Below are positions 25,801 through 37,881 of a stretch of DNA of 51,007 bases, one piece after another; positions within the stretch are counted from its first letter, which is position 1; each line of letters begins with the position of its first letter. The notes under the pieces were generated by a model. That model ran no database searches, was not told the DNA's origin, and saw only the letters and a list, made by a program, of their open reading frames with translations. The position numbers and the translations under genes were made by a program. Source of the DNA: Girardia tigrina (taxonomy: Eukaryota); NCBI GenBank assembly GCA_001938485.1, contig MQRK01230892.1:47086-98092 (forward strand), given 5' to 3'.

Positions 25801-28800
25801 TCCCGCCGTTTTTTAAACATTTATTGTCAAAGAAATCAAAGAATTTTAACAACCAAAATAATGACTCACTTAATTATTTTGGTTGTTGAAATCATAAAAT
25901 TTTAACAGCAAAAATGATAACACCTCAATCAATTATGTACTCTTCTTCATTGTTCACTACTTCTTCCCATCTTTCCACCAGTTTGTTGATTCTATTTCGC
26001 CAGAAATCCTTAGGTCGAGTGTCGAAGATGTTGTTGAGCCAATTCTCAATATGATCCTGATTTTCGAAGCTAAGACCCCTATTTCATTTGCAAGGCAGCG
26101 GAAGAGATGGTAATCCGTCGGGGCGAGGTCTGGGGAATAGGTAGGATGTTGAAGGACATCCACACCGAGCTCTTGGAGTGCCATCTTGACAGTTTTTGCG
26201 GTTTGTGGTTGAGCATTGTCATGGAGGAGGATCACCTGGCCTTGTCGATCCGGTCTTTTTTGTTGAATTGCCTCATTGACTCGATGCAATTGGTCTTTAT
26301 AGAGATTCTTTTCTACTGTGATGTTCTTTCCAAGCATTTCCCAGTGGATTAGACCTTCCCAATCCCACCATACGCAAATCATTGTCTTCATGGGGTGCAG
26401 GTCTTTCTTGATCTTGGGCTTAGGCTTCTTTCTTCCGGAACGAGGAGCGTCGTTGAGGTCGAAATTATCTCAGCTATAGTGTCCTCTACACGGCACAAAA
26501 ATCTTGCTTTTTGACCTCGATTAAAGGCGAAAGGGTGTCGAAAATGCGATTTCTAAAAAAAGACAAAAAATTAATATATACAAAAACGATTACTTTAATC
26601 TTATAGCGCATAGCATGGGCTTTCTAATGGTATATAACACTTCGCCAAACATCAAAAAGTCTTTGTAGAACAAATAGTTTCATATAACGGCGGGAACTTA
26701 TGCAACAACCCAATACATACAATTGAACATATCTGATCCGTCCCTCTTTAATCAGACAGGTCCAAAAATCCCCACATTTCAATCACGGTTGTTCTGACTC
26801 TATTCTGGCATATTTTAAAATCCCCTGCCATATCGGGATACCCAGGTTCTTCTGTATAGAGGATGGTCATTAAATCACTGTTAGAATACAATACGGTGAA
26901 AATGTCAATAGTTAGATTAATTTAATTATACAATACAAACTGTCAATCAAATGAAAACATTTTGCAACATAATGTGCATTTATTTTTCAGTTTAGTGATG
27001 TTTTTTTGTGTCTAACTAACTACCAAATAAGAGATAAAGTTGATAAAACCGGTTCCATAGGGCATGCTAGGCGATGTGGCTGACTTTCAACCATTTATAC
27101 AAAATACAATAATTTTCTTGTTGAGAGTCCGCAAACATTAACATCTATAGAAAATCATTACAGATTACTACATAAACATCCACCATGTATATTTGATACC
27201 AAGTTTCTTGAAATTATTATATTACATATCAAATTACAAAATTACATATCAAATTTTAGTTTAATTTGTGTTCAATTCAATTTTCAACTCAATTTTTGTG
27301 TTATGCCGAATTCACTATTTTAAATTCATGAAGTTGAAAGAAATATTTTTAAAAAATTCAATCTAATATGAAAAATTCGGAATCTATATCCGTAATCACT
27401 CAAGTACAATGTTCCCCCACTTTGAATCGAAAAATTGGTCTTTTCTGACATACCCAAGTATAACGCTCTCCGTAATTTTTTATGAAAAAAAATTTTATTT
27501 TCCACAGTATTTCAATCAGATTCCATCAAAGTAATCATCACTGTCCCCAAAAAGTTTATGAAATTCCTCCGGAGTCAGTCTTTCTTCTGTATCCGAGTTA
27601 GGCTTAGCTTGGTCTTCATCTTTTGTGCCATCCATTTTGTTTGAGATACCAGGCTTCTTTGAACTCAGTAGAGACTAGAGATCAGATTCATCTAAGCCAT
27701 CAATTTTGGCTTCATTCTATCCTTTAATAGTTTGTTCAGGACGACATCCAGAGGTTGCAGGACACATGTCTAGTCACAAGTAATCATTCCTTATGGTGTT
27801 GAGAGAAGCAGATTTTTATTTGTCAGTCATGTGTACTCTGAACTGGTCCCACACTAAATGGAATTTCTTCAAGAAAACTCGAGGCCTGCTATTTCAAACT
27901 TGATTGAGTTACAGCACGATTCCTTTTTCATCCGTCCGCCCTTTGGGATGCACATGGATCACCACACCAGCTGGAAATTACTAATTGGGAGAGACGAGGA
28001 TATTCATTGGACTTAGTTTATCTACGGCAAATAATTATGACTCGCAGTCTCGCACTGTATTAAACTGCTGGATAAAATACCACTAACGTACCAATAAAAT
28101 TTATTGCATAACTTGACTTTGCAAACTGGGATTTCTCACATACTCAAGGGTAATGCTCATCCAATTTTCGATGCAAATCGGGAGTGAAAATGGGAGCATA
28201 CTTGGGTGATTACGCTGTGCAAAATTTTATTATGAATAATTCTGAATCTATGAATTTTTAAATTGACTTTTTAAAAAATATTTTTTCAACTTCGTGCATT
28301 TAAAGTAATGCGGAAATTGGTAACCAGACAGTTCGACACAAGACAATTCGACACAAATTTTTTAATTCGACACAAATTTTTTAATTCGACACATTTTTTT
28401 AATGGGACAAATATTTTCGACATTTAAATTTCGATTTAGTTTTTTTTAATTCGACCAATAACTAAAATGAAATATTTTTATTACTACACATTTTTTGAAA
28501 CTCGACATTTTCAATAACTATATTTTTGGTTAGACTAATAAGTTTTTCTGTATTTAATATGAAAAAAATATCAATTTAATATGAAAAAATTAATTTTTAT
28601 GAAAAAATATGTATTTAATATGAAAAATTTTAATCCGACACATTTATTAATTCGAAACAAATTTTTTAATTTGACACATTTATTAAAAAATAATTAAAAT
28701 TAAATCGACAATAAGACGACATAAATTTTTTAATTCGACACAGTAAAAGTTAATTTTTAACATTTTATTCATTGCAAATTAGCTAGCCAACGCAAGTATT

Positions 28801-31115
28801 TCAGTTTTTCATCATTCGATGCATGCAAATTGTATTCTTGCGCAGCCATTGCAATAGCCTCACTCAATGATACATATTTTTTCTATACAACCTCAGGGCG
28901 ACCTGACAGAGCATTTGCCAAAGTCAGTCTGTGACAAGCTTCCAAGTCTATCAAGTAAGGTCCAAACACTGGGGTGGCTGCATTGAAATATAGTATTAAG
29001 AGCATTGTGGAAACCTTCGCAATAATTTGCAGTTTTTGGTGTCTGCTCACCAGCAGAATCGAAATGGTTCCAGCATTTTATTGGAAACTGAGGAGCTCTA
29101 CCAAGAGCACCCTCAATATAAGTTGATAAGAAATATGTGCGAATTTCATTGTACCTATCCTCAACAGGGAATGTTGCAGCGAGAATATCAAAAACGTTAA
29201 ATACATATTTTTTAATAAAATTTGATTTTTTTCATATTAAATTGATATTTTTTTCATAAAAAATACCGAAAGACTTATTAGTCCAAAAATATAGTTATTG
29301 AAAATGTCGAGTTTCAAAAAATGTGTAGTAATAAGGAAAATATTTTATTTTATTTATTGGTCGAATTAAAAAGTGTTGAATTAAAAAAAAACTAATCGAA
29401 ATTTAAATGTCGAAATAAAATATTTGTCCCATTAAAAAAATGTGTCGAATTGTCACGGAACCGCGGAAATTATACAAATTCGACATACCTCATAAAAATC
29501 AACTGTGGGCAAATTTCCGGTAATCTTACCAGTATCCATATTGTTCTCAAGGTCGTTCCACGGGTGCTTAATTTTTATTTCCATCTTTAAATATGTTGGC
29601 TGTTTAATTGAAGTTCGCAATTTTCAATTGCTTTGGGGACTGCAATAATAGCATAAACATCTAGATCTACTAAGGATCATGAGTTAGAAGTAACAATTCT
29701 GAAAAGATGTCCATAAGATATTAATTCTGTTACGAAAAACTTAAATTTTTTTAAATTTATTTCTTCAAAATATTTTTCTATAATTGATAACAATATTAGA
29801 TGAGGATGTGATCGATATTTACAAGCGCCAAAATCGCAAAGATCCCCGAGTAGGCCACAAATTGCCTAATATCTCTGATTTGCATCGCCATTCCACTAAA
29901 TCGGAATTCACCGATTTCAAAATAATCAGTTACCCGCGACAGCTTCGTGACTCTTTTAAAATTCAAATTAGATCTGACGTATCGCTGGATCATCGACGTC
30001 TTTTACCCCTGTCTCACTCGCCAATCAACGGCGATCTGCTTGTGTATCGCCAGTCCGACTCATGCTGGCATCGGTGTGTTGTGGAAACCGTCAAGTTTTC
30101 TTGTGGCAAAGACTCATATCGCTTGTTGTATGGGGTACGGTTACTTGACGAGGATCGCTGTGTAGAGACCACCGCCGATTCTCTCCTCCGCATCTCCACG
30201 GACGCATTGAGTCCGCCCCAGCTCATCGATTGTGTGCTCGATCTCGACACTGACAATCAATTACCGCAATCGACTGATAAAATCACTCAGGTTAACATTA
30301 GAAATTTCGACGAGAAGAAGAATTGCTACGTCGTGTCGCTGGTCTACTACTNCCCGCCGGTACAACAGACTCCAGTAATCGCCAACAACATCGGAACTTC
30401 ATCGTCAACGGGATTGAAAATCAATATCGGAGAAACAGTGAATGTGTTTGCGAGCCACATTGAATCCCCCAATGAAGTTTACATCCGATTGGCCGACAAG
30501 GATTCCAATGCTGGACTCGATCAATTGCAGTGCCAAATCAACGAATGCAAATCACTGGCGGCGGTCTGTACCAAGGTCTCGTCGATACACAAATTGCAAT
30601 TGGGACAGATCGTTGTGGCGCCATTCGCCGATGCCAATTATCGCGCCAGAATCTCCGAGATTGACATCAACAAAAACATGATTCGTGTGTTTTTCATCGA
30701 TTACGGCAACTCGGAATCAATGCGCTTCGATGCGGTGTTGGAGTTGAGCGACCGCAGCGATTTGTATTCGATGCCAGCGTTCGCGTGGCGGTGCCGTCTC
30801 CCGGTGACAATGAAGTCAGGAACAATGCCGGAAGCGGTCTCAGATTTGTTGATGGGGTCCGAATACGGTGATCAGGGCGAGGTGGAGATCACGATGAAGG
30901 TTCTCTCCCTGTCGGGCTCCGGAGACGCTATCGTGGTGGATTTCTATTCGAGCGGAAGTCGCGACAGTTTCGTTGATGCTCTTGTCGGAAGAGGCCTCGC
31001 TGACAAGATCGATATCAGTAAAGATGCGCCTGCGGGGGACATTTGGGCGCGACTGGAGAAACTGGAGAACAGAGTGGCGAGACTGGAGCGAATATCGGCC
31101 ATCAGTAGCAGATAA
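16893..31115 (+). CDS. Spliced gene for an RRM + triple Tudor domain protein (Vreteno/TDRD-like, putative piRNA-pathway factor), ~733 aa; exons 16893-16940, 17001-17089, 17159-17280, 20624-20772, 23899-24231, 24281-24425, 29800-31115
   Basis: All six introns are GT..AG and phase-compatible (0,2,1,0,0,1), giving 2202 nt of open frame. Exons 1-3 give an RRM (MESGLLITNIKSTIDEKTIRSGFEEFGKIL...KVCYLNYGSSEEAMKALQKYDKSMIYGEPLRISF). Exon 4 has FGRGRG. Exon 5 is Tudor (YLAKWTEDNNFYRAK...VCFVDEG). Exon 7 has two Tudors (SDSCWHRCVV; VVAPFADANYRARI...VFFIDYGNSE) and ends RLEKLENRVARLERI. Exons are more GC-rich than the flanks. The exon 3 donor and any missed small exons are uncertain. Confidence 0.85.
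17430..18420. repeat. Extremely AT-rich low-complexity intronic tract
   Basis: Almost exclusively A/T, with degenerate ttaat/attt units. Confidence 0.85.
18425..18960 (-). pseudogene. mariner transposase N-terminal remnant
   Basis: SIIKLFVLQNK...PSLTTVK*WIREFEGG...EKMMDEMRRI...MGIRKLCSIFV follows the mariner HTH/WVP region pattern; stops present. Confidence 0.6.
19384..19559 (+). repeat. Interspersed repeat, copy 1 (unclassified non-autonomous element end)
   Basis: Shares ...tcgagaatgaataagtgtgcaaag...gaccttcaaaaacaggtttctaaattccatggatac with 21081-21238. Confidence 0.75.
21081..21238 (+). repeat. Interspersed repeat, copy 2
   Basis: Diverged direct copy of 19384-19559. Confidence 0.75.
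21341..21826. mobile_element. mariner-derived MITE / internally deleted element (486 bp)
   Basis: Perfect 28-bp TIRs cgaggggcgttccgaaagtaagtggaaa, flanked by TA. Confidence 0.92.
22445..23581 (+). mobile_element. Internally deleted hAT element
   Basis: 8-bp TSD CCAATCAG (22437-22444 and 23582-23589); TIR core gcgcgtacgca. hAT dimerisation remnant LYPTILNVLKLFATLPVTTVTAEPSFST*HRIKTY...EQRLNGLAIMNIH at ~23190-23350. Confidence 0.85.
25783..26713 (-). mobile_element. Mos1/SETMAR-like mariner element with an internal deletion
   Basis: ~28-bp TIRs (tttggttgttgcataagttcccgccgtt) with TA flanks. ORF 25957-26391 has KTMICVWWD, LLHDNAQPQ and HPTYSPDLAPTDYHLF. Confidence 0.93.
27390..28215 (-). mobile_element. 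Deleted pogo (POGK-like) element
   Basis: TIRs cgtaatcactcaagta / tacttgggtgattacg. DDE remnants VIHVHPKG...LVWDQFRVHMTD and LQPLDVVLNK on the minus strand. Confidence 0.75.
28319..29462 (-). mobile_element. Mutator-like element (MULE), internally deleted
   Basis: Perfect 9-bp TSD GCGGAAATT (28310-28318 and 29463-29471). Long imperfect TIRs with reiterated aattcgacaca. Transposase C-terminal remnant YFLSTYIEG...PQFPIKCWN...KTANYCEGFHNALN...HPSVW at ~28790-29200. Confidence 0.92.
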
Positions 31116-31248
31116 TAATGGATCTATCGATTGAGTTTAGGAGCATGAGGAGGGATGACGCGCATTTATCATTGTATTCTGTTGATGTTTGTATTGTTGT
31201 ATTTCTGATTATATTTACTGTGATCGATTCTTTATTCGATCAACATCT

Positions 31249-31343
31249 AATAAATGTGTGGCGGTGTGTGAGCGCTTGCGTGTGATTCTCTGTATGTTTA
31301 GTATTAATAATATTTGTGACGTGTTTCAAATAGTCAAATAAAT
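31249..31343 (+). promoter_or_regulatory. Candidate polyadenylation signals (AATAAA) in the 3' UTR of the Tudor gene
   Basis: AATAAA near 31249 and 31337 downstream of the stop, with GT-rich sequence after the first. Confidence 0.4.
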
Positions 31344-31859
31344 TTTTCATTTTTTATGTCTATTTTCAATATTTGTTTGTCGTGAAGGATTATTTGAAAT
31401 TAGTAGTTACATGTGGAGGTTTTGCAAGTGTTTATTAGACAATTTATCCTATCTTTCAAGTGAAAGTGTAATGGACAATACATTGTTGTTACCGCTGCAG
31501 AATACGAAAACTTGAGATATCAGTTACTATTTAATAACCAAATTTAAACTGTTTTACTAGTTAATATTTCGCAATTTTTTAAATTATTATAGAACAAACG
31601 AGAGTTGTATTATTTAATAAAAGTTTGCGTACAATTATCCTAAAATGAAACCGGAAGTAGACTTATTAAGCACTTGATGACGGATGTCTCGAAATGTGCT
31701 TTTATACGGAGCTGTTAAACACTAAGAGCTCGTGACATTATTGTTTGGAAGCTGTTATATTATTTTAGCTAATTGTTATTTATTTTTTTAGTTAACTGAG
31801 ATTGTTTTGACATTTGAATTATGACGTTAGTAAAAAGATTTTAATATTTTCTATACTTA

Positions 31860-32368
31860 GGGACCATCCATATATTATGTACGCACTGAAGAGGGAGGGG
31901 GGTGTTTAAATTTAAAAGATTTTGCGTATGGGTGCGTATGATAATGTGGGTGGGTAATTATTAAATATATAAACATGCAATGGTTTTCTTAAAAACATCT
32001 TTTTATTTTTCTGCTCTGTGAACACACCGTCATTCTATCAACAAAGGTGGAATATAAAATCTAATAAAGAATTAAATGTTGGTGTAAAAATANNNAGTTG
32101 GAATTGTAAGATTCCCTGACGCATATTGTTGTTGTTCTGTTCCTTTTCGCTTTACTCTAATAATATAGGGGATTTTGCATATAATGCACACAGCCAGCAT
32201 TTGTTATGATACAATGTTTGTTGGAAGAAATTTACAACATTGTATAAAAATGGTGGTTCGAGACTCAATTTGTATGTGCTTATGGAAGTTCAAAATGTAC
32301 AGGGTGCAATGGGGGGAGGAGGGGGTTAAAATATTAACTTTTTGTGTATGTAATAAATGGATGGCCCC
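31860..32368. mobile_element. PIF/Harbinger (Tourist-like) MITE
   Basis: TIRs gggaccatccatatattat / gtaataaatggatggcccc; 3-bp TSD TTA; G-rich subterminal motifs. Confidence 0.8.
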
Positions 32369-32589
32369 TTATCGAAAACAAATTAAACTTGTTCAAATGA
32401 GCAATTTAACTTTAAAATTAAGACTTTAAAATAGATGAGTGATACAATTATTAGAATATATATTACTGAATGAAAACTTAATGTAAAAAATTGATTAATA
32501 AAAATATAAACTAACAATTTAAGCATATACCAATAATAAAGTTTAGACCAACAGAAGATAAAACAACATTTATTTGTTTTGAAATTCAA

Positions 32590-33035
32590 ATGGTGGATAT
32601 TTCAATAGCTTTTGCAACTGAAAATTGTATGATATATTTCTTGAATATTTTAATACAGTGTCTTCTGGATATAGTAAAATTACTTCGTGGAAGCAGCATC
32701 TGAATGCAGATATGTTTTGTACTTTTAATCGGTTTTTAAAAAATATTTTTCGGTTCCCTGAAGCAAAATTAAACAATTGTAATCGTCTGGAATAAAATTT
32801 GCTGTGTACATATCGCTTGTTGCTAGCCGTGAGTGATCTTTATGATGATGACAGTTCCTATGATTATAATGAACAAAAGCCATCACACGCTGAAACTCTG
32901 CAAATGATACATAAAGTGCGCCTCTATCTGTTAAAGCATTCCTCCCCTGCAAATGATTTCAGAAATTTATACGATTTACAATTTTCTGTCACCACCACGA
33001 CATTTAACAGTAAAACACAAAATATAACTCGATAA
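32590..33035 (+). pseudogene. Tigger-like transposase C-terminal remnant
   Basis: Acidic tract followed by KPSHAETLQMIHKVRLYL...KTQNIT, like the tail of TIGD/Tigger proteins; heavily decayed. Confidence 0.4.
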
Positions 33036-33699
33036 AGTAATATAACAATGACATCTGGTATAACATGTATATTCAATAACAAAAAGCTAACCTGACAACT
33101 TCATAATTAAGAAATCATTATCTTAAACGGATTGCAGAGTGTATCTTGGAAAACCAGAAACTCACCACTGATTTACACTTATCTTTACTCATTTTTGTTA
33201 CATCTAAGTGTTCTCTAAATTTTACAAAATGTACGGTATGTCATTTAGTGTTTTGGTTTGATTGAGAGAGGCGATTATTATAATAGGGAAAGCTAGTCGA
33301 TATAGTTGCGTGTTTAAATGTTATATTAGAGAGTAGCGCTTAACTAAGTACTGTATTGTACATTTTCACGAAATTGGCTATTATAAAATCCGGTTATAAT
33401 AATTTTTTCTGGCAAAAGGCGCTTTATTATATCGGAGGTTAATGTATTTAAGAGATTGGCAAAACTAGTATGCAAACATTAAATACATTATTGCTCTATC
33501 AATCACAGTAGTAAATACAATCCATAAATGAATAGCAAATTTTTGCACTTTTCTGATTCACTTTTCCGGCCTTTCCGATCTACTTATCTTTATAATAATT
33601 TATTACATTTCTTATTAAATTTGCATTATCTACCACAAATTCTTTGTCAATTGACATCATTTTCTGACACAAATGCAAATGCTACAAACTGATGTAAGT

Positions 33700-34560
33700 T
33701 TAATTCAAAATTATCATCCTCTGAATATTTATTTTTGCAAATGAGAATAGTTTCTTTGGAGTAAATTCAAAATCAATAATGATGTTGGATGGATTAAAAC
33801 TTGGACTTAATAATTTTAAAGGACTAAATAAAGTAATACAACAATGACAATCTATAAACAACTGGTGTAAAATGTACATGCAATAACAAATAGAAATAAC
33901 AAAATTATCTGAAACGGATTGCAGTGTCTTGGAACACAAGAAACACAATGTCACGTTCCATGCATTTGTAAGCGGAACAGCCCACTCATAATTGCAAGGC
34001 ATAATGATATTATGTATCTTGCTTATGATGCGCTGTAGGCTGAAAAGTCCATTGTATCGCTTATTTAAGATAAAGTATGCAAGTTGTTAAATACAGATTT
34101 GGGAATAGATTTACAGATAAAGACTAAAAGACCCAAAGAAATATGGCTGATTGACAAAGATCCATATTGCACAATTAAGCTTCTTCAAAATACAAGAATC
34201 AAAAATGAAAAGAAGTATGCGATTTAGGAAGCCGAAACAAAATAAGCACATAAAGGTTGGATCATTTGCTGAGGAACTATTGTGGTTGGATGTCTCGGAT
34301 CGTGGCCATCTGAGAATGAAACAATAATTAGTAAATTACAGCTCTCTACAAACCATGCATTTATTTCCCCTTCATTACCTGTTCTAAGGCTAACAATTGA
34401 ATGCACCTCTGTTACTTCTGGCAAAGAAATGTCACTTTTTACACTTCAACTATCAAATTGTGTCACTACGGCTTCTTTGAACTGTGGCGAATTAGATTAT
34501 TTAGTGAATTAAAAAATGATTTTATGGTCCTCATTTTGTTGACAGCTTCATCTTTTAATG
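33700..34560 (-). pseudogene. Possible MULE transposase remnant
   Basis: LKLLSPSFNPSNIIIDFE resembles the MULE second-D motif; the rest is highly degraded. Confidence 0.35.
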
Positions 34561-36502
34561 TCTTCTTTTTTGCTTACTTGCACCACTTTCAAATACTCTC
34601 TTTAAGATTCAATTAATGAACTAAAACATGAAAAGTTAATAATAATTAAAATAATTAATAATAAAACAATTCGTTGTTATTGTCTAAATAAGATCTACTA
34701 CATAAAAGTATTCGATGGATACCAATCAAACGATGTATTATAAATAAAAAAATAAAATCAATTTATACCTAATTAATTTAATAATGAATATAATCACTAA
34801 AAATAAGGAAGACCAAGAAGATAAGTTAGTGTATAATCACTCAGTTTTTAGTTTTTTATAGAAGTCTTTATCTTTTTATCTTTTTAGTGCATTTTCTCAT
34901 ATGAAAAAAATGCGGTATTGTATTCACCATGTCCATATATGTATGTATGTGTTTATCACAGCAAATTATGAGTACCGGGTGCGTCCAAGACCCTATAAAC
35001 TATATATCTTTGGATAGGTCTCGTCAACAGCAATCCGCATAGCTATAGTAACCAAAGGTCGGCCAAGGTAAAATGTCTAAAAATGGCCTAAATTTCGTTG
35101 TTTTACTATCGTAGGCTTGCATACAGAAAATGCGCTGTACGTCACTCATCGCAGAGATCTGCTTTTTCTGCAATGCAGAAATCGGGAATTGGGTACTCAC
35201 GTATAGATAGAGTCAATCAATGATAAATAGTAAGGATAAATCTATGAGCTGGGCATCGACTTTACAGGGATCCGGACTTGAAGTGTTTAGAGGATATATA
35301 CGATCTCGATAAATGCATTGTACCGCTCGTAAAATCTCTCCCGCGATCACTTAATTATTGTTGCGTGTTAAATATGGAGATGAATTGACGATTGAAAAGA
35401 AATTTCGTCTCCGCAATTAATCAGTACAATATTTATTATAATTGATTTCGAAAACTATTTTTAAATTTAAATTATTTTCATTTAATTTTCAATAATTCGC
35501 CTACGGTGATATCGATTTTTTTATGATAATAATTTTTAGTATTCAATAATAATAATATTTAGTAATAATTTATTTTATTTCTTTTTATAAATCCTTTTCT
35601 TACTTACAAGTATTTGATGCTTATTTCTTTACAAACACTTCGAATATGTTTCATTTTCAAATTCTACATTATTTTTAACACTAATTGTTTTCTTTGGTTT
35701 GATGTTTAAAAGTACTATTCACAAATTCAGTATCTCGTATACTACAGAAGCTGTTTCTTTCGAAAGGCAATTTGTTTGATTTTTTGAACTATATATCTCT
35801 TTCTCCATACCAAAAGAATATTAAACTTTTCTATATAAATGCAAAATGTGTTCATTTTAAGATAAATAATTAATATAAGGCCATTATACAATTAACTATG
35901 GAGATGTATCTGTTGAAAATGAAGCAAATTAAACGAACAGAAATTAGTTGTGGTCCTCAAGTTCTGATCCAGAAAATCAGAAAATCTCAAGCTCCTGTCT
36001 CTTCATAAAAACAACATAATCGATTTCTGTCAAGATTTAAGGGCCCATGGCAAATGGCCCACAACCCCCCTCTGATAAGGCGTGTATGTATGTGTATGTC
36101 ATATTGTAGAGTTTAAGATACACTATTTCTACACTTTATCTGCACAAAATTTAATTAATGTTCATTACAAAAAGGAATTATTTTTTGGTCATCAAAAATA
36201 TGATTTCGAAATATAAGATGCAGTTAGGTTTTCAAAGATTGTCTTGTATTTCTTAAATTTAGTAAATTTATTCTTGAGGTGGTTTAGTAAGCGGTCGTCC
36301 CTTCTTATTTTAAGACTATTCAACCTGAGGTAATATTTGGGAAATACTTACATAATTACTTATTTCATATACTGTTACACTCACCTATAATTCAACCAAT
36401 CAATATACTTCAAAAGGTAATCATAGAATATGGTTTGCGGTACTACAGTTTCGATAATTGTACTCGTATCATTGGCACATTGTGGATGATTGCTAACCTT
36501 CT

Positions 36503-37881
36503 GGCGCGAACTAATTTCGCTAAAGAATTAATTTCGTCAGTGGACTAATTTCACTAATGCTAATATTATTTTGGTTATTATTAATGAATGATATTGTAGA
36601 AAAAAATAATTAATTAAAAATTGTAAAAAATTAAAGTAAAATTGTAGACAAAGGTAAATTAATCCTTCAAATTACATAAATAAATAAAATAAATAATTGC
36701 TGTTAAAGTGATTAATAATTTTAATAATAATGTAATTCTATTTTTACAACAAAATTACAATTTTTATAAATATTAAAAATATACACAAATAATGCATAGA
36801 CTAAACAACAATTGAATATAACTTGAACAACCTTTCATAACATAACTCTGTATATAAAAATAACGCAATATTATGAATGAAAAATATATTTCACTACAAA
36901 TATTTTTTTGTTTATAAAATATCTTTCTTTTCGACACAAAATTAAACGTCTTGAAGACCACTGCTGGTCTAAAATATTGATTGAATTGCAGGTTCAATCT
37001 CCGAAATGTTCAAGTGCCTGCAAAGAAATTGGAATGAAGTGATTTCATTATTTATTAAACTATCTTTGAGCTTGGAAGAGATATTTGATAGAATATTAGG
37101 ATCACACTGTCTAGTAGTTTCAAGTTTATTTCTACGCAAACTCTCTAGTCTCATGTGATCAATAATGTTGCTCAGAGTTTTAGTGAAAACCAATGAACCC
37201 CAAATTTCATCCTTCGTTTCTTTTTGGAGGTTTCGGAAAAATAGTTGGTAAAGATCGTGGAATTGAACCAATTGATAATGAAATCAATTAGTCATGTCCT
37301 TTCAAAGTAGAGATGAAAAGAGGCTATTTTGTTTGTTGTTGTCGAGTTCCGATTCTTGTTTGTTTCAATGTACTAAATAATGTAAGTATTTTATCAGAGG
37401 GCAAAAATCCAAGCGCCATTATCAAATTTATCAGCTGGTTAAATTCTTTATTGCGAATGAAAAATATTTTAAATCAAGTTTCCTTACAACGGCCTGTTTA
37501 AAATGAAAATAGCAGCTTTGACAGGTAATCTGTGAAAATATTTCACGAAATGTTCTGATTGAATTTTTTCAAAGTCCCCAGTTGCCAATGAAGGCGAAAA
37601 TTGAGGTACTACATCTTTTATTTTCTCAATAACCAACTTGTAATGTTGATGGTGCCTAAATTTCATCAAGACAAAAAATGTTGGCAACATTTATTTATTT
37701 GTGTAATTTGAAGGATTAATTTACCTTTTTCTACTATTTTACTTTAATTTTTTTACAATTTTTAATTAATTAATTTTTTCTACAATATCGGCTATCATTA
37801 ATAATAACCAAAATAATATCAGCATTAGTGAAATTAATCCCCTAACGAAATTAATTCTTTAGCGAAATTAGTTCCGTAACC
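36503..37881 (-). mobile_element. Mutator-like element with ~170-bp TIRs and a transposase remnant
   Basis: Left arm gaactaatttcgctaaagaattaatttcg...ttattattaatga is inverted at ~37710-37875. Protein remnant FSPSLATGDFEK...FREIF...CYFHFKQAVVRK. TSD not recognisable. Confidence 0.85.

Larger units (their letters stand above)
27298..29491. mobile_element. Outer long-TIR non-autonomous element hosting nested pogo and MULE insertions
   Basis: Left arm 27298-27365 (gtgttatgccgaattc...gaagttgaaagaaatatttttaaaaaattcaat) is inverted at ~28255-28309 and resumes at 29472-29491 after the MULE. A similar start occurs at ~19578. No TSD found. Confidence 0.5.

Noticed and set aside
28319-28745. Reiterated aattcgacaca units resembling a CRISPR-like array
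   Set aside because: Irregular spacing, mirrored at 29200-29460; these are MULE subterminal repeats, with no cas genes in a eukaryotic context.
29796-30681. Alternative-frame and antisense ORFs within exon 7
   Set aside because: Shadow ORFs of a GC-rich coding exon.
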